DNA from: a virus
Lineage: Duplodnaviria; Caudoviricetes
DNA: 64,000 nt
Virus record (IMG/VR): IMGVR_UViG_3300027899_000014
Location: 1,176-65,175 of that record
Strand: one strand, 5' to 3'
Positions within the stretch are counted from its first letter, which is position 1. Each line of letters starts with the position of its first letter. The notes beneath the pieces were generated by a model. That model was not told where the DNA came from, searched no databases, and saw nothing but the letters and a program-made list of their open reading frames with translations. Below, in pieces: positions 45,515 through 55,199 of the stretch. The position numbers and the translations under genes are program-made.

Positions 45515-48500
45515 CTAATTTAATATACCAATATATTTTATTTCTTCATCTAATCTTACACAGAATTCAGAAGTTATACCAATATCAATAATAGCCTCAT
45601 ATTTTATTTCTTCATCTAGTGCTACATTATAAGAAATAGCTTCGTCTAATATAACATAATATTTTATTTCTTTATCAAATAAAACACCAAAAAATATTAA
45701 TAATTTATCAACAAATAACTGTATTATCGCTGTAGCATTTGAAATTACTGTGATAGTTTTACGTATAAGTTTAACTAAAGAAATATCTATAATAGATTCT
45801 ACATGTAAAACCTTAGAAATCTCTTTAGTAACTGTATAGAAAATATCTGTTGTTGAATAAGCAGTTTTTATAATAGTTCTACTTATAGATGTTGTATTAT
45901 TAGAAGTAGCAAATAGATATAGCAACTTTATAAAAGCTATTGTCAACGTACTTGCGGTAATAGAAGAACTTATTAAACTTCGTAAAGTGCTTCTAGATAA
46001 AGAAGTAATTCCAGAAACACCAGAATTTATAGTTTTAGATATAACTTTTATAATAACCGATGCAGGAATAATAAACAAAATTAAAGTTTTTGAAATCCGT
46101 TTAACAAAATAAGAACTTCCAGAAGAAGTAGTATTCAATACTTTTTGTAACTTTTTGTATAATACTAAGGTACCTGAAGAAGTACCTAACATGTTTCTAT
46201 TAATTGATCTTCTAATAACCGTAGTTGGAGAAGTAGATACTATCATTGCCAATAAATGCAATGCATAATCATATAAAGCCACAGCAACAGTAGAAGAACT
46301 TAGCATAGTTCTCAATATAGATTTATAAACTAAAGCAGTTGTATTAGCTATATTATTAACAGTTTTACTTAATTTCTTAATAACATTAATATTTGCAGTA
46401 TTAAATACACTCAATACTGTTTGTAACTTTTTATATAATACTAAGATACCTGAAGTAGTACTTACTATAGTTTTATTAATGGCTCTTATAATAATTGTTG
46501 TAGGAGATATAGATATACTCAATACTTTTTGTAACTTTTTATATAATACTAAGGTGCCTGAAGAGGTACCTAATATGCTTTTATTAATTAATCTTGTAAT
46601 AACTGATGTTGGAGATGCAGATGCTATCATAGTCAATAACTTAATACTAAAAGCAAATAGCACTGCAGAAACAGAGGAAGAACCAACCACAAGTTTATTA
46701 ATTAATCTTATAATAAAAACAGAAACTGCAGTTGTACCAAGAACAGTTTTATTAATTACTCTTGTACTAACAGTATTAACTGATGATATACCTAAAATAG
46801 TTTTTCTAATTGCTCGAGTAATAACTGCACTAGGTGACGAGGTTGCTAATATTAATACTAAATAAACAGAAGAAATATACCATGCAGTTATAGCACTAGT
46901 TGTAACAACTGCAGTTTTATTAATGGTTTTTAATAAAGAATATGTTACTAAAGTAGAACTTAATAATATTTTGTTAATTAATTTAGTAAAAACTATAGTT
47001 GGAGTAGTTGAACCTATTAAGGTTTTCTTTATTAATCTTATAATAAAAGCGGCACCAGAAGAGGTACCTAATATGCTTCTATTAATTGCTTTAGTAATAA
47101 CCGTAGTTGGAGATGTAGATGCTATCATTACTAATAGATGTAATACATAATCAAATAAAGCAGCGGTACCAGTAGAAGTGCCTGTTAAGGTTTTACGAAT
47201 AGATTTTACTAGACTAAACGCACTATTAGATAAACCTAATGCAATCTTTAATGTTGATTTTATAACAACTGAAGTACTTGAAGAAGTACTAAAGGCAACT
47301 TTTGACATTAATTTTAAAGCAATAGAAGTTGCTGAAGTTGTACCAACAACTGTTTTATTGACGACTCTTCTAATAACCGTAGTTGGAGATGTAGATGCTA
47401 TCATTGCTAATAGATGCAATACATAATCAAATAACGTCGCTGTACCAGAAGAGGTGACTGTTAGGGTTTTATTGATTGCTCTTCTAATAACTGATGTAGG
47501 AGATGTAGATGCTATCATTGCTAATAGATGCAATACATAATCAAATAAAGCAGCGGTACCGGTAGAAGTGACTGTTAGGGTTTTATTGATTACTCTTATA
47601 AAAACAACTGCACATGAAGAAGTACCTAACATGCTTCTATTAATTGATCTTCTAATGATAGATGTTGGAGATGTAGATGCTATCATTGCTAATAGATGTA
47701 ATACATAATCAAATAACGCCGCTGTACCAGAAGAAGTGACTGTTAGGGTTTTATTGATTACTCTTACTATGCTAGAAGCACCTGATGTTGAAACCAACAA
47801 TATTTTTAAAATATTTCTACTAATTGTAATACTAACATTTGATGTACCTGTTAAGGTTTTATTGATTACTCTTTTAACTATAGACGTAATAGTAGTTGAA
47901 CCTAAAACTATTTTTATAATGGATTTAATAAAAACTGAAGTAACACTTGTTGAAGAAACAATAGTTTTTATAATGGATTTAATAAAAGCTGCAGTAGGAA
48001 TAGTATAACCAAGTGCTATTTTTACAGTATTTCTTACTAGACTAGAGGCAATACTAGTTGAACCCGTTAAGGTTTTATTGATTACTCTTTTAACTATAGA
48101 TGTAATAGTAGTTGAACCCATTAAGGTTTTATTAATTGCTCTAGTAATAACCGCAGTTGGAGATGTAGATGCAGCCATTAATAATAAACGAATACCATAA
48201 ACATATAAAGTAACTAATGTTGTGGTAACAGTAGAAGTGCCTATTATAGTTTTGTTAATTCGTTTAGTAAAACTAGAGGCAACTGATGTTGTAGCAAGTA
48301 TAGTTTTTGCTATTAATCTTGTAAAAATAGAGGTTGGACTTGTTGAACCTAAAGCTATTTTGTTAATTCGTTTAGTAAAACTAAAGGCAATGGATGTTGA
48401 AGAAACAATAGTTTTTATAATGGATTTAATAAAAACAGAAGTTGCACTAGTTGAAGAAACAATAGTTTTTATAATGGATTTAATAAAAACTGAAGTTGCA

Positions 48501-48946
48501 CTAGTTGTACCAAGTACGGTTTTATTAATTGCTCTTTTAATGATAGATGTAGGAGATGTAGATGATACTAGTACTAAGAACTTCAGTATATAAGCATATA
48601 GAACACCTATTGCCGAGCAAGAACCAATTATAGTTTTCTTAACTAATTTAGTAAAAACAGAAGTGGGAGTTGAATTTACTAAACTCGCATACACGATATA
48701 AAATGATCCTACATAAGTAGGATCAATATAATCTCCTCCTACAGTATAATCATATAAGTATGAATAAGAAGATGGCACACCTGCTATAGTTTTACCAATC
48801 CATCTAATTGATGCAGCAGCAACCAATAAGGATACTAATCTATAGGCGGCAATACTTTTTCTAAGTGAAGCTGAGGGAGTTGTAGAAGCTACAAGACTTT
48901 GAGTATATGTTGTTCCTTGATATACCGTTCTTAATAGTAATGACAT
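45515..48946 (-). CDS. 1143-aa protein of ~18-aa basic/hydrophobic repeats; putative fibre component
   Basis: Units such as STSPTSIIKRAINKTVLG, periodic 20-aa variants (AALFDYVLHLLAMIA), acidic LDEEIKY repeats at the C-terminus; lies in the structural region. Confidence 0.75.
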   Translation of the reverse strand: MSLLLRTVYQGTTYTQSLVASTTPSASLRKSIAAYRLVSLLVAAASIRWIGKTIAGVPSSYSYLYDYTVGGDYIDPTYVGSFYIVYASLVNSTPTSVFTKLVKKTIIGSCSAIGVLYAYILKFLVLVSSTSPTSIIKRAINKTVLGTTSATSVFIKSIIKTIVSSTSATSVFIKSIIKTIVSSTSIAFSFTKRINKIALGSTSPTSIFTRLIAKTILATTSVASSFTKRINKTIIGTSTVTTTLVTLYVYGIRLLLMAASTSPTAVITRAINKTLMGSTTITSIVKRVINKTLTGSTSIASSLVRNTVKIALGYTIPTAAFIKSIIKTIVSSTSVTSVFIKSIIKIVLGSTTITSIVKRVINKTLTGTSNVSITISRNILKILLVSTSGASSIVRVINKTLTVTSSGTAALFDYVLHLLAMIASTSPTSIIRRSINRSMLGTSSCAVVFIRVINKTLTVTSTGTAALFDYVLHLLAMIASTSPTSVIRRAINKTLTVTSSGTATLFDYVLHLLAMIASTSPTTVIRRVVNKTVVGTTSATSIALKLMSKVAFSTSSSTSVVIKSTLKIALGLSNSAFSLVKSIRKTLTGTSTGTAALFDYVLHLLVMIASTSPTTVITKAINRSILGTSSGAAFIIRLIKKTLIGSTTPTIVFTKLINKILLSSTLVTYSLLKTINKTAVVTTSAITAWYISSVYLVLILATSSPSAVITRAIRKTILGISSVNTVSTRVINKTVLGTTAVSVFIIRLINKLVVGSSSVSAVLFAFSIKLLTMIASASPTSVITRLINKSILGTSSGTLVLYKKLQKVLSISISPTTIIIRAINKTIVSTTSGILVLYKKLQTVLSVFNTANINVIKKLSKTVNNIANTTALVYKSILRTMLSSSTVAVALYDYALHLLAMIVSTSPTTVIRRSINRNMLGTSSGTLVLYKKLQKVLNTTSSGSSYFVKRISKTLILFIIPASVIIKVISKTINSGVSGITSLSRSTLRSLISSSITASTLTIAFIKLLYLFATSNNTTSISRTIIKTAYSTTDIFYTVTKEISKVLHVESIIDISLVKLIRKTITVISNATAIIQLFVDKLLIFFGVLFDKEIKYYVILDEAISYNVALDEEIKYEAIIDIGITSEFCVRLDEEIKYIGILN

Positions 48947-48953
48947 TGATTAT

Positions 48954-49000
48954 ACTCAAATCCTTAATAAGTTTATATTATATTTATTAAGGATTTGAGT
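48954..49000 (-). promoter_or_regulatory. 17-bp inverted repeat containing a late promoter and the RBS of the repeat-protein gene
   Basis: ACTCAAATCCTTAATAA / TTATTAAGGATTTGAGT; minus strand AATAAATA in the 5' arm/loop and AAGGA in the 3' arm. Confidence 0.65.
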
Positions 49001-49009
49001 TACATCTTT

Positions 49010-50437
49010 TTATTCCCAATAAGAGTTTACAGATACTAATACAGAGATTACACCAGTAGTTGTTACTGCACCAAAATTCCTAGCAATGAAATGCAAATAT
49101 TCACCTGGATTTACTGCTAAAGGAGAGTTGAATGACATATAAGCACCACCTGCAGAACCAATTACCCCAACTGCTGATGTTACGGGAAATGTCTCAAACC
49201 CAACAGCGACTTTTCTAGGTCCTTTTGTGCCAGTGATAGCATCAACTGTTGCCAAAGTAACAGCATTAGAACCAACAGCAACTGAATATCCATATAATAC
49301 TGGACCACCTGCTAAAATTGTAGTAACTGCTCCGTGAAACTTAACACCTCTAATATAAAGTGTTTTAGCCGTTAACGCTGCAGTAGGAACTGGGTTTAAA
49401 AAAGAACCTAAAATACCATCAATACCCTGAGCTAAAGTTGGTAATACAGGAAATAATCCACCTAATCCAGAATATACTGAAGTTGCATTATTGATAGCAG
49501 AACCAGCAGGGTTGACAGTAGCCGTTACATTGGTTAATAATGCTGTCTGACCCATAGTACCGCCAGATTGTCCTTGTATACCGGATTTACCTGAGATAGA
49601 TGCGATATCTGCTATAGATTTACCAAGACCTCCCGCATCTTGCAATCCAACAAACACATAACCAATTTTTAATGTAGTTGCTGCTGATGGTGCAATTGCT
49701 GAGTTTATTACCCTAGCACTAAAAGGTTGTGCCGCAGTATAAACAGGCATTCCCATACCAGCAGGAGAATTAATAACACCAACACAAGCACCATCAATAT
49801 AAAATAAAACACGGTCATCTTCACAGATAATTTTATATTTAACCATCTCAGCGATGCCTGGAGGAGTAACCACCGTGATGTTTGTTTCTACACTGTTATT
49901 TACTACAACACACTTTAAAGTACCACCAGAATCATATCTGAATAATGCACCATCTGTTACAGCGGCATTTGTTAGGAATTGAAACAATCCAAATTCAATT
50001 GTGCAGTTTACTTGTGGTGCTGTACTTAAAGCAACATCCATATTACAATAAGTTGCCAAATCCGAGTAGAGTGGAAAGTATTGATAGGTTTTAATTGAAC
50101 TATAAGTAGATAATGTGTTTATTGCCGAAGCGTTTAATGTTATTGAACCACCGCCAACTACAACTGTTTGAGTTGTTACTGTTTGATAAAAAAGAGCAGT
50201 ATTTAATGCTGTATAGTTGAAGGTTTCGGTAAACAATGGAACTGCTTGACCAACACCAATTCTGCCTTGGGCGGATACTCGTACTTCTTGTGAAATTCTA
50301 CCTGCTGGGTCTCCAGTCTCAGATATATCCGATGCCAACATTATATAACCAGATTGCGCTGGGTCAAGAGGCATATTTACTTTTACATTACCGAAACCAT
50401 CTAGTCCCGAAGATGCTACTATTACGTCTAAAGCCAT
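49010..50437 (-). CDS. Putative virion protein with a lectin/ConA-like beta-sandwich region
   Basis: Gly/Thr/Ala-rich; KYKII....VLFYIDG pattern; structural cluster. Confidence 0.55.
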   Translation of the reverse strand: MALDVIVASSGLDGFGNVKVNMPLDPAQSGYIMLASDISETGDPAGRISQEVRVSAQGRIGVGQAVPLFTETFNYTALNTALFYQTVTTQTVVVGGGSITLNASAINTLSTYSSIKTYQYFPLYSDLATYCNMDVALSTAPQVNCTIEFGLFQFLTNAAVTDGALFRYDSGGTLKCVVVNNSVETNITVVTPPGIAEMVKYKIICEDDRVLFYIDGACVGVINSPAGMGMPVYTAAQPFSARVINSAIAPSAATTLKIGYVFVGLQDAGGLGKSIADIASISGKSGIQGQSGGTMGQTALLTNVTATVNPAGSAINNATSVYSGLGGLFPVLPTLAQGIDGILGSFLNPVPTAALTAKTLYIRGVKFHGAVTTILAGGPVLYGYSVAVGSNAVTLATVDAITGTKGPRKVAVGFETFPVTSAVGVIGSAGGAYMSFNSPLAVNPGEYLHFIARNFGAVTTTGVISVLVSVNSYWE

Positions 50438-50451
50438 TTTATTTTCCTATA

Positions 50452-50745
50452 TTAGTCTGCCCATACCCAGCGAACTTGGAATGAGTTTGTCAATTTGTGA
50501 ATACTTCTTGCGTATATAGTAAACCCTGTTCCACCTGTAGGCGTCCCACATGTTATGGAAGCAAATACAGGAAAATACTTATGGTCAGAAGCAGTATGTG
50601 TTGCAGTAGTATCATCCCCCATTACCCAAGCCTCTACTTTAGAAGAGGCTTGGATTGAGGTTTGACCAGTAACTACCACAAATGCTTCATTAGACCCTGG
50701 ATCTGCTCCAAAATCTAAAGTAGCTGTACCAATTCCGTTGGCCAT
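50452..50745 (-). CDS. Small putative virion protein
   Basis: 97 aa, beta-rich, SD AGGA, structural cluster. Confidence 0.6.
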   Translation of the reverse strand: MANGIGTATLDFGADPGSNEAFVVVTGQTSIQASSKVEAWVMGDDTTATHTASDHKYFPVFASITCGTPTGGTGFTIYARSIHKLTNSFQVRWVWAD

Positions 50746-50748
50746 TTT

Positions 50749-51120
50749 TTATGCGTAAGTAATTTGAGCAGTAATTTGAATAGAATCCCCAACTTGAAGA
50801 TTGACTACATCAAATGTTGAACTTACTAACATAGTACCACCAGTTAATGCAGAAAATAATCCTGCTTCTACAATTGCTTTTGCGGTACTTGTAGCAGTAA
50901 TGGTTTGGATAACTTGAAAAGTATTAGTAGAAGATGTAGCTGCGTTAGCAGATCCTCTAGTTTCTACTTCAGTAGTTAATGCAACATCACCAACAGCTGC
51001 TGTATGAACTCCAGTACCAATACCAATCCATTTCGGAACAACAGTTGTTGTTGTAGTATCTGCCATTTTAGTAGCAGTATAAGTTTTTCCTGCAGTTGTT
51101 AAGACTGTAACTAAAGCCAT
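50749..51120 (-). CDS. Small beta-sandwich putative fibre subunit
   Basis: IGIGTG...D.AL.TE...AIVEAGLFSA..GGTML....F..VNL..GDSIQIT. Confidence 0.65.
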   Translation of the reverse strand: MALVTVLTTAGKTYTATKMADTTTTTVVPKWIGIGTGVHTAAVGDVALTTEVETRGSANAATSSTNTFQVIQTITATSTAKAIVEAGLFSALTGGTMLVSSTFDVVNLQVGDSIQITAQITYA

Positions 51121-51124
51121 TTTA

Positions 51125-51286
51125 TTATCCTATTTTTAAAAATTTTTTTAATTTCCAAATCAATTGCTTGATTGGATTGTTGTTATAATATGATATTACA
51201 CCTAAATCTTCTACTGTTCCATCAGCTCTTGTTACAATAGCACTAAAACTAATTTCTTTTGCGCCAGATTTTGCATCTACGTTCAT
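51125..51286 (-). CDS. 53-aa protein upstream of the fibre-like subunit; not in ORF track
   Basis: SD AAGGTG; MNVDAKSGAKEISFSAIVTRADGTVEDLGVISYYNNNPIKQLIWKLKKFLKIG. Confidence 0.65.
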   Translation of the reverse strand: MNVDAKSGAKEISFSAIVTRADGTVEDLGVISYYNNNPIKQLIWKLKKFLKIG

Positions 51287-51305
51287 ATATTCACCTTAAT
51301 ATTTA

Positions 51306-51638
51306 TTATTTCGTTACATTTGGAGAAACAGTAATATTTCCCTCAAGTATTCTATACTTCTTTAAAGAATTAGATGTTATTTCTACATCATACACATATC
51401 TATTTATAGTTAATGTATCTGTTACTAAATTAGAAAGACCAATAGAAATCTTTCCTAAAGATGCATTAAGAACTACAACAGTAAGTGGTATAAATTCATT
51501 GGCAGTATAACTTTTCCTAAGTTGACCTGCGGCAGTATACGTAGAAAGGTCAACTACTAACCCATTATTATCAACTACTGTCATAGTTCTATAGAATTCT
51601 GCGCCTTGGTCTATAGATAAATTAGCAACTGTTGCCAT
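51306..51638 (-). CDS. Conserved small virion-associated protein
   Basis: ANLSIDQGA, DLSTYT...QLRKSY, RYVYDVEI, RILEG.I.V.P.VT. Confidence 0.7.
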   Translation of the reverse strand: MATVANLSIDQGAEFYRTMTVVDNNGLVVDLSTYTAAGQLRKSYTANEFIPLTVVVLNASLGKISIGLSNLVTDTLTINRYVYDVEITSNSLKKYRILEGNITVSPNVTK

Positions 51639-51657
51639 CTAAATTCTCTTTTATTTA

Positions 51658-52329
51658 TTAAGCAACACGAATTAAACCAGCAGTACTATTATTTACAGGC
51701 ATGGTCAAAGTAAAAGTACCGGAAGTAATACTTTGTGCCGAGAATGTAAATACACCTACAGCATTTTTGCTTGATACAGTTGAGTTATAGATTAACATTG
51801 TATCAAAACCAGTAATAGTAACGCCAGTCCAAGTCATTGACCCTGAAGGAGTCCAATATGTGGTGCCTGTAAAAGGTGTTGTACCACTTGCAACCATAGC
51901 TGGAGCATTAAAATAAACTGCTGTAGTAGATAATGCTGCAGTAACAGCTACTGATAATACTAAAGAAGTAGTACCTCCACCTGAAACAACATATGTTCCT
52001 GGTACAATACCTACTCCAGAAACTCCCATATTATTAGCAATACCTGTGCCAGAAGCAACCGTGAGAGCCGTAGTAGAAATAGTTGCAGTGCCTGTTGTAG
52101 CTACAATATTAGTTATTGCTTGACCTCCTGCAGCATAAGTACCTGTTACAGAAACTTCACCTGTAGTCGTGTACGAAGTAGTTCTAGCATCTAAAGTAGC
52201 AGTTGCTAAGAACAATGCACCATAAAATGTATCTGCTGCGACCTTACCGCCGGTAGCAATAGAAAATGCATGAACTCCGTTCATTAAATCAGTTTTGAAT
52301 GTATTGCATAAACCAGCAGTATTAGCCAT
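51658..52329 (-). CDS. Putative structural (fibre/spike) subunit with an inserted module
   Basis: CNTFK..L..G.H.F, TF..ALF, GEV..TG.Y.AGG, LIYNST, GTFTL.MP...LIRVA. Confidence 0.65.
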   Translation of the reverse strand: MANTAGLCNTFKTDLMNGVHAFSIATGGKVAADTFYGALFLATATLDARTTSYTTTGEVSVTGTYAAGGQAITNIVATTGTATISTTALTVASGTGIANNMGVSGVGIVPGTYVVSGGGTTSLVLSVAVTAALSTTAVYFNAPAMVASGTTPFTGTTYWTPSGSMTWTGVTITGFDTMLIYNSTVSSKNAVGVFTFSAQSITSGTFTLTMPVNNSTAGLIRVA

Positions 52330-52346
52330 TTTTTATTTCCTTAAAT

Positions 52347-52592
52347 TTAAAAAGTTGATTGTTCTACACCAATTTGTCCAAATGGATTATTTGTGTAAGT
52401 GTGAGCATTTGATTTTACTATTTCATCACCTAAAAACCATTTTTCACTAAACAAAATATATGCAGATTCTACAATCCATTCAGTTTTATATAGTAATGCT
52501 GCTTCAGGAATATTACCCTTTGAAGTATATATTAATGGTGCATCAGTTGGATTTGCATTAGCAATTGTAGCAGAATAGTCTATTTCAGTCAT
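52347..52592 (-). CDS. Hypothetical protein
   Basis: 81-aa ORF downstream of the late promoter TATAAATA at 52621-52628. Confidence 0.6.
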   Translation of the reverse strand: MTEIDYSATIANANPTDAPLIYTSKGNIPEAALLYKTEWIVESAYILFSEKWFLGDEIVKSNAHTYTNNPFGQIGVEQSTF

Positions 52593-52633
52593 AGTATTTA
52601 TCTCAGTAATTATTATATAGTATTTATAAGTTT

Positions 52634-52966
52634 TTAAATATAAGGTTTTGGATATAGATCTTTTATTGCTTTAATATTTTCTTTCCAAACATCAAAACCT
52701 TGATTATAAAGAACATCCAATTGATCTGCAATCGAAGGATAATTTTCTTTTCTTAACTTCTTATATTTATTAAATTCGTATTCATCTTGTAGCCGTTGAA
52801 TTTCATTTTCAACTTCTTCACTAGATGGTTTCTTTTGAATAGTATCAGACCATTCTATATTTTCATATATTTGATCTCCAACAACTGACCAAATTGCTCC
52901 AGGTCTTAACATTTGAAGCGCATGAGTAATATCAAAAGTTTCAATTAAATCATGTTTGTATATCAT
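52634..52966 (-). CDS. XkdW-like tail fibre assembly/accessory protein
   Basis: AL..LRPGA.W, R...YPSI.DQLD.LY, W...I.AIK..YPK. Confidence 0.7.
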   Translation of the reverse strand: MIYKHDLIETFDITHALQMLRPGAIWSVVGDQIYENIEWSDTIQKKPSSEEVENEIQRLQDEYEFNKYKKLRKENYPSIADQLDVLYNQGFDVWKENIKAIKDLYPKPYI

Positions 52967-54945
52967 TAATAAATTTCCTGTAAAAGAACTGTAGTTGTTG
53001 CAAGTTCATAGATGGGGCCTATTGAACCAATGGGTCTATTCAAATAAAAACTTGATGCAGCACCACCAGCAGATTGTATCATTAATTTATATATAACTCC
53101 TGCGCCAGCTCCAACATTAGGACTATCTAAGTACATATAATGATTAGTCCTAGGTGTAGAAAAATTATCTGCATCATATCCAGGATTCCAAATACCTGAC
53201 CAATAATTTGGATCTGATAAATTTCTTCCAATTTCTACATCACCAGTACCGTTTACATTTCTAAATAATCTAAAAATAGTATCATTTGGGGTTTCAAAAG
53301 AAATATTATATTGAACTAATATCTGACTACCTGAATATTGTGGATTTATTTGGGTATCAAGAACTGAAATAAATGTTCCTAAAAAGCCTGCTGCAGCAAA
53401 TGCATAAACTGCTGTAGTATCAACTTTTCTATTTACTGTTTGTACAACCATACCTGTTGCAGGTTGAGCTAACCAACTATATCCATTTGATCTTAAAACT
53501 GTTTTAGCGGCTCCAGGAGGAATAGATATTACATTATTAACGCCACTGCCAACCAATATTCCATTATCTGTAAGACTTGTTAATCCTGTACCACCTTTAA
53601 CTACTGGTAATGTACCTGTCATATCTAATGAAGATATATCAAGATTATCCCAATAAGCGGTAACACCATCACTTTTTAAATATCTGCCTGCAAATGTTGT
53701 TTGTGACGGAACATATGATGGAGTTGCATATGCTAATCCAGTTCCATTGGATGTTAGAACTGTTCCATACGCACCAACACCAGTTAATCCTGTTCCGCCA
53801 TTGCCTATAGATACCGCATTTACTAATGATAAAGTACTAGCATTTAGAGTAGTTACACCAATACTAGATATACCCGATAACGAACCACCCGTAATTGAAA
53901 TAGCATTTGAATTTTGTGTAGCAATTGAACCTAATCCAAGAGCAGTTCTTGCTGTTGCATCAGATGCTACTTGCCAAGTTGTACCATTGCCTACAATAAA
54001 ATTATTTAAACCATAGGATAATCCGCCTAATGTAGTTAAATTAGCATTATATGCTTGTACATGCGAGCCAATAACTAATCCTAAATTTGATCTAGCACCC
54101 GTTGCATCTGCTGCTCCAGTTCCACCATATATAACTGATAAGTATGTTCCTAATGCTAAGGTCGGTATAGATATACTATAAGCACCTGAAAATGTCAAGT
54201 TTGAATTTAAATACCAAGTTTTATTTACAGTACTTTCACTATAAATATCACCTTTATTCAAATATAAACTATAATTAGTAAGACCATTTTCAGCAGAACC
54301 ATATAAACCTATATTAGAACCACCTGCATGAGTATCATTTGAATAACCTTGAACACCTATTGCTCTTCCTGTAGATCCAGTAGCATTTACGTGTGCTTCA
54401 CCTATTACTCCAACACCTTTAGTTATACCGTATGTATAACCAACTCCATATAAACCTGCACCATACGACATGATGTATGCAGTTCCTGAAGGTGTTCCAG
54501 TATTCGCAATAGATACTGTAATTACATTTGTCCCAGTATTAATATTTGTTATAACTGTGTCAGTAGCTATTCCAACCCCATAAACAACTTGTCCAATATA
54601 TATTCCAAGTACATCACTAAGTGTAATTGTAGTTCCACCTGAACTACCTGCAACAATATTTTTAGAATAATTAAAACCTGTTTTTTCTGATATTAATCCA
54701 ATATGATGTGGTTCATTTTTTTGAATCCCTGCATCAACATCTGAAAATACATTAGTTGCATTTGGAAATCTTGTAGAATTTGCTTGACTACCAATATATA
54801 AATTTGTTCCACCTGTTTTTAATAGTCTTGTTTGTATATCAACGTTTAAATTAATAAAGTTGGCATCAACCTCAGCATTAGTTAATGTTGAGTTTTTAAC
54901 TGTAGCACCAGTTCCTGAAGTTGATCGAGTAGTTATAGCGGCCAT
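52966..54945 (-). CDS. Tail fibre-like protein
   Basis: LTNAEVDANF.NL N-terminus, repeated GGTG motifs, ARSNLGL/ARTALGL, C-terminal receptor-binding-like domain. Confidence 0.8.
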   Translation of the reverse strand: MAAITTRSTSGTGATVKNSTLTNAEVDANFINLNVDIQTRLLKTGGTNLYIGSQANSTRFPNATNVFSDVDAGIQKNEPHHIGLISEKTGFNYSKNIVAGSSGGTTITLSDVLGIYIGQVVYGVGIATDTVITNINTGTNVITVSIANTGTPSGTAYIMSYGAGLYGVGYTYGITKGVGVIGEAHVNATGSTGRAIGVQGYSNDTHAGGSNIGLYGSAENGLTNYSLYLNKGDIYSESTVNKTWYLNSNLTFSGAYSISIPTLALGTYLSVIYGGTGAADATGARSNLGLVIGSHVQAYNANLTTLGGLSYGLNNFIVGNGTTWQVASDATARTALGLGSIATQNSNAISITGGSLSGISSIGVTTLNASTLSLVNAVSIGNGGTGLTGVGAYGTVLTSNGTGLAYATPSYVPSQTTFAGRYLKSDGVTAYWDNLDISSLDMTGTLPVVKGGTGLTSLTDNGILVGSGVNNVISIPPGAAKTVLRSNGYSWLAQPATGMVVQTVNRKVDTTAVYAFAAAGFLGTFISVLDTQINPQYSGSQILVQYNISFETPNDTIFRLFRNVNGTGDVEIGRNLSDPNYWSGIWNPGYDADNFSTPRTNHYMYLDSPNVGAGAGVIYKLMIQSAGGAASSFYLNRPIGSIGPIYELATTTVLLQEIY

Positions 54946-54973
54946 TTAGTTATCCTGTTAACAGTATATTTAC

Positions 54974-55198
54974 TTATTTATTATTTATAAATGTCATTAA
55001 CATTTGTTTTATGTCACTAATATCATTTTTCAACAACTGAATTTCGTTATCTTGACGTGCAATTAAATCTCTTTGATACAATTGCAAATTTCTTTTATTA
55101 ATATATTCATTATATCCATTATCTGAAATAGTGATTATAGCAGAAGATTCTGTATCTCTTACTAAATCACTATTTCCTGTTACTTTTAAATATTTCAT
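54974..55198 (-). CDS. Small coiled-coil protein after the VrlC-like gene (start MKYLKV)
   Basis: V.GN.DLVRD..S.AII and LK.DI.DIK.ML patterns. Confidence 0.65.
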   Translation of the reverse strand: MKYLKVTGNSDLVRDTESSAIITISDNGYNEYINKRNLQLYQRDLIARQDNEIQLLKNDISDIKQMLMTFINNK

Positions 55199-55199
55199 G

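Noticed and set aside
46479-48593. Plus-strand ORFs opposite the repeat protein, and other short plus-strand ORFs across the window
   Set aside because: Antisense shadows of strongly supported minus-strand genes, without RBS or recognisable motifs
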